This document shows, piece after piece, positions 26,041 to 34,016 of a stretch of DNA of 34,016 nt. Each line of letters opens with the position of its first letter. Position 1 is the first letter of the stretch. The DNA lies in the sequence record DRR723986_4745. The stretch is one strand, 5' to 3'. Both the position numbers and the translations under genes were made by a program. The notes under the pieces are model-generated. The model was given only the letters and a program-made list of their open reading frames with translations. It ran no database searches and was not told the origin of the DNA.

Positions 26041-27453
26041 CTAGAGAACACGGCCCGGGTTCAACAGTCCCTTGGGGTCGAATGCGTCCTTGATCCGCTT
26101 CATGAGATCCAGCTCAATCCCCTGCTTGACGTCCTTCAGGAGATCGCGCTTGAGGCGGCCGATGCCATGCTCTGCGGAGATGCTGCCGCCGAACTCGCCG
26201 ACGATGCCATGAACAATGGTGTTCATCTCATCCCATTTCGCCAGGTAGTCTTCCTTGTCGGCGCCCACCGGCTGGCTGACATTGAAGTGGATGTTGCCGT
26301 CGCCGATATGACCGAACGGAACAGGCCGGCATCCGGGTACGAAGTCCTCTACCGCGGCCATGGCCTTGTCCAGGAAGTCCGGGATCGAGGCAACCGGCAC
26401 GGAAACGTCATGCTTGATCGAGCCTCCCTCGGGCTTCTGCACTTCCGACATGCCGTGGCGGATGTGCCAGAAATCCTGAACCTGGGTCAGGTTCTGGGCA
26501 AAGGCGGCGTCTTCCACTAGGCCTTCTTCAAATGCTTCGCCGAGAATGCTCTCCATCAGGTCCCGCACCGGAAAGGCTTCAGAACCACTGGACAGCTCCA
26601 TCAGCACGTACCAGGCATGTTCGCCCTCGAGCGGGTCTCGTGCGCCTTCCAGGTGGCGCAGGCAGAATTCGACGCCAACGCGCGGCATGATTTCAAAGCC
26701 GGTCAGAACCGGCCCGGCCTGTGCCTTGGCAAGGGTGAACAGCTTGAGGGCGGCGTGCGGATCCGGCAGGCCGACAAAAGCGGCCTCCAGCTTCTTGGGC
26801 CTGGGGAAAAGTTTCAGCGCTGCGGCTGTAATGATGCCCAGAGTACCTTCACCACCGATAAATAATTGTTTCAAATCATAACCGGTATTGTCCTTCCGCA
26901 GGGTTCTGAGACCGTTCCAGATCTCCCCTGTCGGCAGCACCACCTCGAGGCCCAGAACCAGATCGCGCGTGTTGCCATAGGCCAGAACGGCGGTGCCGCC
27001 CGCGTTCGTGGAAATGTTGCCGCCGATCTGGCAGGAGCCCTGAGCCCCGAGCGCAAGCGGGAACAACCTGTCGACGTTTTCAGCTTCATTCTGAAGCGTC
27101 TCCAGCACCACACCGGCCTCGGCCGTAATGGTGAAGCCGGCCGGATCTACCGCACGAACCTTGTTGAGGCGTGACAGCGAAAGGACGATTTCATCCCCGG
27201 TTTCCTGCGGAATCTGGCCACCGACAAGGCCGGTGTTGCCGCCTTGCGGCACGACCTTGAGATCGTTCTGATACGCATAGGTCATGACGGCGCTCACCTC
27301 TTCGGTGCTGCCCGGGCGCAGCACCATGGGAGTGACGCCCTGATACAGGTCGCGCCATTCGGTGAGGTAGGGAGCCTGGTCGTCCGGACTTGTCAGAACG
27401 TTGGCTGCGCCGATCATCTCGGCGAAGCGGTCGGCATGGGCAGTACGCTCCAT
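26041..27453 (-). CDS. FAD-binding oxidoreductase (D-2-hydroxyacid dehydrogenase/GlcD-like)
   Basis: VVPQGGNTGLVGG, IGGNISTNAGG, LRKDNTGYDL, HDVSVP, GHIGDGNIH, SISAEHGIG, DPKGLLNPG. Confidence 0.93.
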   Translation of the reverse strand: MERTAHADRFAEMIGAANVLTSPDDQAPYLTEWRDLYQGVTPMVLRPGSTEEVSAVMTYAYQNDLKVVPQGGNTGLVGGQIPQETGDEIVLSLSRLNKVRAVDPAGFTITAEAGVVLETLQNEAENVDRLFPLALGAQGSCQIGGNISTNAGGTAVLAYGNTRDLVLGLEVVLPTGEIWNGLRTLRKDNTGYDLKQLFIGGEGTLGIITAAALKLFPRPKKLEAAFVGLPDPHAALKLFTLAKAQAGPVLTGFEIMPRVGVEFCLRHLEGARDPLEGEHAWYVLMELSSGSEAFPVRDLMESILGEAFEEGLVEDAAFAQNLTQVQDFWHIRHGMSEVQKPEGGSIKHDVSVPVASIPDFLDKAMAAVEDFVPGCRPVPFGHIGDGNIHFNVSQPVGADKEDYLAKWDEMNTIVHGIVGEFGGSISAEHGIGRLKRDLLKDVKQGIELDLMKRIKDAFDPKGLLNPGRVL

Positions 27454-27622
27454 GAGCGGGGTCCTCGTGAAGTTTGACAGTAAAATTCGGGCGCCAACAT
27501 AGTGTCTGAAAGCGCTGGCGTCGACGGTTCATTCCGTCACCGTGTCTCTTGAAGGAACAAACCCCTTGTGCCATAGGAAGCCAGCCCGCTGGGGTGGTAT
27601 TGGAATTCTTTCGGAGACGACG

Positions 27623-28441
27623 ATGGCGGAAACGCGCGGACTGATGAATGGCAAACGCGGCCTGATCATGGGTGTGGCGAACAACAAGTCAATTGCCTGG
27701 GGCATTGCCAAAGCACTGGCCGACGCGGGAGCTGAACTGGCTCTGACCTACCAGGGTGATGCGTTGAAGAAGCGCGTGGAGCCACTGGCAGACCAGTTGA
27801 ACGCGATTGTTGTCGGCCATTGCGACGTGACCGATGGCGCCTCCATCGATGCGGTCTTCAAGACGCTGGAAGACAAATGGGGCAAGATCGATTTTCTCGT
27901 CCATGCCGTTGCCTTCTCCGACAAATCCGAATTGACCGGCCGTTTCGTCGATACGTCTTCCGATAACTTCGCCCGCACCATGGACATTTCCTGCTACTCG
28001 CTGACGGCTGTCACCCAGCGCGCCGAGAAGCTGATGCCCGACGGCGGCTCCATTCTGACGCTGACCTATTACGGCGCCGAGAAGGTTATGCCGCATTATA
28101 ATGTCATGGGCGTTGCCAAGGCCGCGCTGGAAACCAGCGTGAAGTACCTGGCGATGGACCTTGGCCCGCAGAACATTCGCGTCAACGCGATTTCCGCCGG
28201 ACCGATCAAGACGCTGGCTGCCTCCGGTATCGGCGACTTCCGCTACATTCTGAAGTGGAACGAATACAACTCTCCTCTGCGCCGCACGGTGACGATCGAG
28301 GAAGTCGGCGACAGCGCGTTGTTCCTGGTGTCAGACCTCGGCCGTGGTGTTACCGGCGAGATCCAGCACGTTGACTGCGGCTACAACATTGTCGGCATGA
28401 AGGCGGTGGACGCCCCGGACATTTCCGTCGTCAAGGATTGA
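27623..28441 (+). CDS. fabI: Enoyl-ACP reductase FabI
   Basis: GKRGLIMGVANNKSIAWGIA, catalytic YNVMGVAK, VNAISAGPIKTLAASGI. SD GGAG before ATG 27623. Confidence 0.97.
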   Translation: MAETRGLMNGKRGLIMGVANNKSIAWGIAKALADAGAELALTYQGDALKKRVEPLADQLNAIVVGHCDVTDGASIDAVFKTLEDKWGKIDFLVHAVAFSDKSELTGRFVDTSSDNFARTMDISCYSLTAVTQRAEKLMPDGGSILTLTYYGAEKVMPHYNVMGVAKAALETSVKYLAMDLGPQNIRVNAISAGPIKTLAASGIGDFRYILKWNEYNSPLRRTVTIEEVGDSALFLVSDLGRGVTGEIQHVDCGYNIVGMKAVDAPDISVVKD

Positions 28442-28449
28442 CCGTTTCG

Positions 28450-28477
28450 AATGGCCGGTTTCGCACCGGCCATTTTC
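28450..28477 (+). terminator. Hairpin/terminator after fabI
   Basis: AATGGCCGGT-ttcgc-ACCGGCCATT followed by TTC. Confidence 0.65.
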
Positions 28478-28528
28478 ATATTGTCCGGCCCCGCCCGCCA
28501 GGGGTGATCCCGCATTCCGGAAACTGAA

Positions 28529-29173
28529 ATGACATCTGTACTGAGTGCCCCGAAATCCGACCTGCTGCCCAGGCTGCACGATCCGGAGTTCCTGATCTTT
28601 GTCCGCCATGGCCAGACGGACTGGAACTTCGAAGGGCGCATGCAGGGGCAAAGGGACATTCCGCTGAACGACACGGGGCGCGGCCAGGCCAGCGGCAATG
28701 GCAAGCGTCTCAAAGCGTTTCTGGAGCAGGAGATGATCGATCCCGCCGGTCTGGATTTCGTATCCTCACCGCTCCATCGCACGCGCTCGACAATGGAGTT
28801 GCTGCGCCAGTCCATGAACCTTCCGGTGGAGGCCTACCGCCTTGAAGACCAGCTCAAGGAGATCACCTTCGGCGACTGGGAAGGCTTCACGCTGGAAGAA
28901 CTGGCAGAGGAAGAGCAGGATCTGATCCTGCAGCGCCGCGCCGACAAGTGGGGCTTCGTTCCCCCCAAGGGCGAAAGCTACAAGATGTTGGCCGAGCGCA
29001 TCGGGCGCTGGCTGGTGACTGTTGATCGGCCTTCAGTCGTCGTGTCGCATGGCGGTGTCTTCCGGGTTCTGCGCGGCTTGCTGGAAGGGCTGGACACGGT
29101 TTCCGTTCCCAAGCTGGATGTGCCGCAGGACAAGGTCTTTGTCTGGCGTAAGGGCGCTTTCGAGATCGTTTGA
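28529..29173 (+). CDS. Histidine phosphatase (phosphoglycerate mutase) family protein
   Basis: RHGQTDWN, SSPLHR, EITFGDWEG, GES, VSHGG. Confidence 0.92.
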   Translation: MTSVLSAPKSDLLPRLHDPEFLIFVRHGQTDWNFEGRMQGQRDIPLNDTGRGQASGNGKRLKAFLEQEMIDPAGLDFVSSPLHRTRSTMELLRQSMNLPVEAYRLEDQLKEITFGDWEGFTLEELAEEEQDLILQRRADKWGFVPPKGESYKMLAERIGRWLVTVDRPSVVVSHGGVFRVLRGLLEGLDTVSVPKLDVPQDKVFVWRKGAFEIV

Positions 29174-29325
29174 CTGCCCCCTTATCGGCGTTCGATTGTA
29201 GCTTGCGACAAGCTGTTGCAGATCAGCATGCGGGAAAGTTCCGTCTGCGGGAATCGCCAATCAATCCATAGAATAAGCCGGAACCAATCCGCCATATCAA
29301 AGACCTGCGGCATTCCTCAATTGGC

Positions 29326-29979
29326 TCAGTAGATACCCTGGGCATACAGGGAAATCTTCGCTTTTGCGACAACGCTATTGGCAGCTTGTCCCATGAGGGT
29401 GGCGTAATTCCTGAGCGTCGCACGGTCGGCCTTCTGCTTGTTGGTGCAGACAAAGGTCATCACGCTTCCCCATTCCCGTTCCGGCTCGTAGCCGAACTTG
29501 CTCAGGCCATAAAGCTCACGCCCTGTCACGATGAAGAAGCCGCGTCCGTAATCGTAAATTTCACCCGGATTGCGGATCTTGGTAACGAGGCAGAATTTCT
29601 TGTGGGTGTGAATCGCCCCCAGGATCCAGCAGTCGTTGATGCACACCGACCAGCGGGCAAGCTTCTGGACATTGATCGGAAGACCGGGGGTCAGGTTGAA
29701 ATGCGTCGGGTCTTCCAGGTTGAAGCGCCGATAAAGCTGTTGGGTCTGCGCCAGTCTCCCGACATACATCTCGCCACCGGAACGGGCGACCTTGTCGTAG
29801 ACGGCCCACGCGGTGTGTCTTGATATGTGTGACAGGCTGATCTTGCTGTTTGCATCGCCAGGTGATTCAAATTGGGTCCGGTTGGTGTCCCAGGGGTTCT
29901 GCCTCAGTTCGTTCAGCTCATAGTGATTGTAGGAAAGTGTCAGTAGATCCTGATCGAAAGCGGTTCTTGAATACGTCAT
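29326..29979 (-). CDS. Orphan hypothetical protein, possibly a toxin/NADase-like fold
   Basis: 217-aa ORF from MTYSRTAF with SD GAGG. Motif WSVCINDCWILGAIH...F.L...VTGRELYGL..FGY. Confidence 0.65.
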   Translation of the reverse strand: MTYSRTAFDQDLLTLSYNHYELNELRQNPWDTNRTQFESPGDANSKISLSHISRHTAWAVYDKVARSGGEMYVGRLAQTQQLYRRFNLEDPTHFNLTPGLPINVQKLARWSVCINDCWILGAIHTHKKFCLVTKIRNPGEIYDYGRGFFIVTGRELYGLSKFGYEPEREWGSVMTFVCTNKQKADRATLRNYATLMGQAANSVVAKAKISLYAQGIY

Positions 29980-30192
29980 TTCGGTTTCCTCTGGTACAAC
30001 GTGCCATGAGCGTTTGCTGTTCGAAATGTACGCATGTGAAGGCCGCTTTACGTGTGACCTTGGGCACTGCAAAGGAACCCCCGACCATCCGTGCCTCGGG
30101 CTTGTTCAGTGACGGTGATCGGGCGAAGCAGCTGCGGCGTAGATGTTTACAGCGATTGCAAGGGAACCTGGAGACAATCCGGGTCAGGTGCC

Positions 30193-31377
30193 GTGTCCGC
30201 CAATGAATTTTATAGCGAACTGCCAAGCTTTTCAGATTTCAGCACGGTCGGGGATCTGGCCGATTACCGGCCGGTGCCGGACGACTGGTACGTTCTTGCT
30301 GCCGACATAGTTCGCTCCAGCGATGCGGTCGCACAGGGCCGGTACAAGGAAGTCAACATGGTTGGCGCCGCGGTGATCGCCGCGGTGTTGAACCGGATCG
30401 GCAGCGACCGTGTACCGTTTGTCTTCGGTGGAGACGGCGCGATGCTGGTCGTGTCCGAACACGATGTCGTGGCAGCCAGCGACGCGCTGGCCGGTGTTGT
30501 CGGTCTGGCACGCCAGGTCATGGAGCTGGAGCTGCGCGCCGCTGCGATTCCGGTCGCTCATCTGCGGGATCTTGGGGGCGACGTCCGCGTGCGCAAGTAC
30601 CAGCTCAGCCCGGGCAATCACCTGGCCATGATCCTGGGGGATGGCCTGGCCGTCGCGGACAATATTCTGAAAGATCCGGAAAAAGCGCAGCCGTTTGAGA
30701 TCTCTCTCCCCGATGCCGCGTTACCACCGCTCGACGGGCTTTCCTGCAGATGGGAACCGCTTCCTTCACGAAATGGACACATCGTTTCCCTGATCGTCAA
30801 GCCGACCGGACGTATTCCAATGCAGGATGTCCTGCGGGGGCTGGCCGATAAACTCGGCTATGATCCCTCGAGGGATGACAGCCGGATGAGACTTGCGGAC
30901 AAGACGCGTCTTCGTTTTCGCTTTCCACCAACCGGCACGCGTCATGAGGTGCGCCTGGGCTCACCGGGAAAAGACTTTCGCGGATGGGCAAAGGCGTTGC
31001 TGGAGGCGATGGTCTTCGTCGTCAGCTATCACACGGGCTGGCGCATCGGCCCTTTTGACCCGAAACGATACTTTCCCGAACTTGGCCTCAACACTGACCA
31101 TCGCAAGGTCGGCGACAGCCTTCAGCTCGTGCTGGATCTGACACCGGAGCAGTTTGCAGGGGTCGAAGACTATCTGAAAGCTGGTTATGCCGCCGGGGAT
31201 CTGGTGTTCGGGCTGCATGTGTCCACGTCCGCTCTGATGACCTGCTTTGTCGAGGATATCGGCAAAAGCCGGCATATCCATTTCGTCGACGGGGCTGACG
31301 GCGGGTTTTCTCTGGCAGCTGCCGAATTCAAGAAACGGCAGGCGAACATGGTTCCGAAGGCGGTTGGTCAGGCCTGA
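30193..31377 (+). CDS. DUF3095-like protein (nucleotide cyclase-like motifs)
   Basis: VPDDWYVLAADIVRS, YKEVNMVGAA, FVFGGDG, GLSCRW, HFVDGADGG. GTG start at 30193 is inferred. Confidence 0.85.
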   Translation: MSANEFYSELPSFSDFSTVGDLADYRPVPDDWYVLAADIVRSSDAVAQGRYKEVNMVGAAVIAAVLNRIGSDRVPFVFGGDGAMLVVSEHDVVAASDALAGVVGLARQVMELELRAAAIPVAHLRDLGGDVRVRKYQLSPGNHLAMILGDGLAVADNILKDPEKAQPFEISLPDAALPPLDGLSCRWEPLPSRNGHIVSLIVKPTGRIPMQDVLRGLADKLGYDPSRDDSRMRLADKTRLRFRFPPTGTRHEVRLGSPGKDFRGWAKALLEAMVFVVSYHTGWRIGPFDPKRYFPELGLNTDHRKVGDSLQLVLDLTPEQFAGVEDYLKAGYAAGDLVFGLHVSTSALMTCFVEDIGKSRHIHFVDGADGGFSLAAAEFKKRQANMVPKAVGQA

Positions 31378-33641
31378 CTGCGCAGCGGGCCGTGCCGTTC
31401 CAGGGCGGGCATCGGGTGTGCAAAATTCTGTTTCAGGATCATCATCGCAAGGTCGCTGTCGGGAACGGCCTTTGATATGAGGAACCCCTGGATAACGTCG
31501 CATCCGTGGCGTTTCAGCCAGTCACGCTCGCCTTCGGTTTCCACACCTTCGGCAAGGACACTGATGTCGAGGCTCTTGGCAAGATTGATCAACGCACTGG
31601 TGAATTTCTGCAGGGCGGGGTCGGCATCGACGCCGGAAATGAAGCTCCTGTCGATCTTGACCCGGTCAACCTTCAGATCGCGCAGGCTCGAAATGCTTGA
31701 ATGGCCGGTTCCAAAGTCGTCCAGTTCGATGAAGAACCCCAGTTCCGACAGGCGGGCGATATTCTGCTTGATGGGGGTGGCCGTGATTTCGTCGATCATC
31801 ACCGCTTCCAGGATTTCCAGGCTGACATCTGCAGGCTGAAGTCCCAGGTCAAGCACCTGCCTGTGGAGCGCATCCACCGCCTTGGCGCTTGTCAGCAGAC
31901 TGGCGGTCACGTTCAGGCCCAGATGTATGGCTGGCCTCGTCTTGCCGCTCAGGCTGGCGGCAAACTTCAGCGCCCGGCTGCGCACGGCCTCCTCGATCTC
32001 CTCCAGATACCCGACTTCCATTGCGGCGGGTAGGAAAGCGCCTGGATACCGGATCTCGTCTTCATCAATCCACCGGGCGAGGGCTTCTGCGCCGACAACA
32101 TCGCCCGTGTGAATATTCACCTGCGGTTGGAACCAGGCAACGATATTGCCGTTCTTGAGCGCATTCTGCAGCTCTTTGGCAATCTCGTCACTTTCCTCGA
32201 AGGCAGCGCGCATTGCAGGGGTGAAGCGATCGAACTTGCGCGGCCCCTTTTGCTTGGCCGCTCTCAGGGCCAGAGCCGCATCGGTCAGCAAATGATCGAA
32301 GACCTGCTCGCCCGGACTGCTGATGAAGATGCCCGCATTCGCCTCGATGGCCGACCTGTTGTTGCCGATGATCCGGTCGGTCGCAATTTCCTGGAGAAGT
32401 GTGAAAGCCAGTTGCTCGAACTGCGCCGCCTTCTTGAGGCGCGGACGCAGAAACAGGAACTCCGTTCCACCTGTCCGGCACAGGAAGTCTTCCGGTTCCG
32501 CGTGCTGGGTCAGCTGTTCGGCCACCTGGCGCAGAAGTGAATCGCCGTTGTGGTCCCCGAACCGGTCGTTCACCTTCTTGAACTGGCGCAGGTCTATCAG
32601 GATTGCACCCGTGCGCGTTCTCGGCTCTGCCGGTGGCAGGTTGCGTATCGTATTCAAAAGGGCGCGGCGGTTCGGCAGTCCGGTCAGGGGGTCGTGAAAT
32701 CCGAGATCTTCGAATTCCTGCTGCGTCCTGTCGGCAAGTGCGCGCGACAGGGCGATGGCTATTGCAAAGGCCGCAACAATGACCAGTCCACCGACAAGTC
32801 CGGCAAGTGTAACCGCAAACAGTGTCTCGGATCGCTGCCTCTGCAGGTCCATCAGGAGATAATCGACGGTGGACTGCCAAAGGTCGAAAGCGGCACTGAC
32901 CAGGGCCGGCTGCATCTCCACCACGGGCTGGGCGATGACATCCGCCCCCTTTGAGGCTGTGATAGTAGAAGAGAGCAGTTTCGAGCCTGCGGTCTGGAAG
33001 GCGACGTTCGTTGTCCGGAAGGCTCTCGCCTGTTTTTGCAGGAGATCGGCTTGCTCACCTGTCAGGTCGTTAAAGTAATCAACCGTGTCCCGCGATGCCC
33101 CGTCGGCAGCAATCTTGTACTGGCCTCCCTGCACCGGGATCAGCATCTTGTCCCAGACATTGATCTCGCCCCGGCTGGAAATGCTTTTCGCATTGCTTGC
33201 CATGATCGCGGATTCGATCACGACGGTCGGCATGGTGTCGGTGATCAGATGCGGAAGTTTTGCGGTCTCGAAAGATGAAGTCGAACTCAGCCTGGTGACC
33301 TGGGAGATCATCGAGGCGAGGATACGGGCCTGCCGAAGCGCGAGCGGAATGTTGCCTTCGTTCAGGAAGGTGTCGAGCGGCTGAACGAGGTCGGCGGAAA
33401 GCTCATCTCCCCCGAGTGTTTCCAAGCGTTCGCGCAGTTGGACCGGCGTCTCCCTGATCTTGCCGGTGAGCGCTTTCTCCTGCATCAGCGGCCCGAGTGC
33501 CTCGATCAGGTGCAGCCCGGCCAGGCTGTGGTCGATCGAGTTGACCTTCTCGAATTTATTATGAAACCAGAGTGAGGCAAAGAGCAGGCTGGGTGCCAGC
33601 AGAAATACGATCAGTCCAGTCAGCCAGCCCCTGATCCGCAA
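31368..33641 (-). CDS. Membrane-anchored GGDEF-EAL protein with degenerate GGDEF (GGTEF), likely c-di-GMP phosphodiesterase
   Basis: Two TM segments around a periplasmic domain. HDPLTGLPNRR, FKKVNDRFG, RTGGTEF. EAL domain FQPQ, EALAR, DDFGTGHS, KIDRSF, EGVET, QGF. Confidence 0.92.
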   Translation of the reverse strand: MRIRGWLTGLIVFLLAPSLLFASLWFHNKFEKVNSIDHSLAGLHLIEALGPLMQEKALTGKIRETPVQLRERLETLGGDELSADLVQPLDTFLNEGNIPLALRQARILASMISQVTRLSSTSSFETAKLPHLITDTMPTVVIESAIMASNAKSISSRGEINVWDKMLIPVQGGQYKIAADGASRDTVDYFNDLTGEQADLLQKQARAFRTTNVAFQTAGSKLLSSTITASKGADVIAQPVVEMQPALVSAAFDLWQSTVDYLLMDLQRQRSETLFAVTLAGLVGGLVIVAAFAIAIALSRALADRTQQEFEDLGFHDPLTGLPNRRALLNTIRNLPPAEPRTRTGAILIDLRQFKKVNDRFGDHNGDSLLRQVAEQLTQHAEPEDFLCRTGGTEFLFLRPRLKKAAQFEQLAFTLLQEIATDRIIGNNRSAIEANAGIFISSPGEQVFDHLLTDAALALRAAKQKGPRKFDRFTPAMRAAFEESDEIAKELQNALKNGNIVAWFQPQVNIHTGDVVGAEALARWIDEDEIRYPGAFLPAAMEVGYLEEIEEAVRSRALKFAASLSGKTRPAIHLGLNVTASLLTSAKAVDALHRQVLDLGLQPADVSLEILEAVMIDEITATPIKQNIARLSELGFFIELDDFGTGHSSISSLRDLKVDRVKIDRSFISGVDADPALQKFTSALINLAKSLDISVLAEGVETEGERDWLKRHGCDVIQGFLISKAVPDSDLAMMILKQNFAHPMPALERHGPLRSQA

Positions 33642-34016
33642 CGTTTTGCCTCTTGGTGTTTATTAGATCCCAACGTGTAATAACGGTAGAGGTTTAAGGA
33701 TTAGCAAACCAAGGGTCGAATTTTTGCGAACGGTTCGCGCGATTTCCTAGGTCGTTAATTCAAGACATCGTGAAACACGTACCAAGGACGCCAGCTTCCA
33801 TGCGATATCTACTTGCCTTTAATTTTGACAAGAGTGGTGGACGAATGGACTTGCCAAAAATACCTGTATTCCCGGTTGCGGGCTTGAGCTTGCGGGCGCG
33901 ATGGCGTATCGCTCGGCGCCTGACAGTTCAATTGCAAGCCTCGGTCACCGTTCATGTCGCATAACAGTTTTGGTCATCTTTTCCGGGTCACCACCTGGGG
34001 CGAAAGCCACGGTCCC

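Noticed and set aside
33642-34016. 64-aa ORF 33770-33964 and possible CtrA sites
   Set aside because: No recognisable protein features and no TTAA-N7-TTAA spacing. Treated as intergenic promoter DNA.

Overview
GC-rich, chromosome-like segment from an alphaproteobacterium. Gene content suggests Hyphomicrobiales, possibly Roseibium/Labrenzia; this is inference. The left part (1-5.4 kb) has an aromatic-type flavin monooxygenase with a small partner gene and a LuxR regulator, a SAM methyltransferase behind an attenuator-like leader, and an XRE/MmyB regulator with its divergent targets. Next (5.4-15.2 kb) is a minus-strand cluster of exported proteins: Cys-type arylsulfatase, HAD phosphatase, two small secreted proteins, an octaheme cytochrome c with HEAT/TPR repeats and two outer-membrane beta-barrels. 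It sits opposite a membrane-anchored wHTH-like/TPR regulator. The middle (15.3-21.6 kb) holds conserved alphaproteobacterial genes: LysE, TIGR02301-like, NUDIX, an SRAP protein ending in a clamp-binding motif, a TPR methyltransferase and a glyoxalase-superfamily gene with a structured leader. At 22.0-23.5 kb is a full-length but AAA+-divergent DnaA outside the usual rpsT/dnaN context. It has an AT-rich ~0.95 kb upstream region and a ~200 nt multi-hairpin 3' region. The right part has a clan GH-A glycoside hydrolase, an FAD oxidoreductase, fabI, a histidine phosphatase, an orphan toxin-like ORF, a DUF3095-like gene and a GGDEF(degenerate)-EAL protein. I saw no rRNA, tRNA, CRISPR array, transposase or integrase. 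All family calls come from motif recognition by eye; no searches were run.
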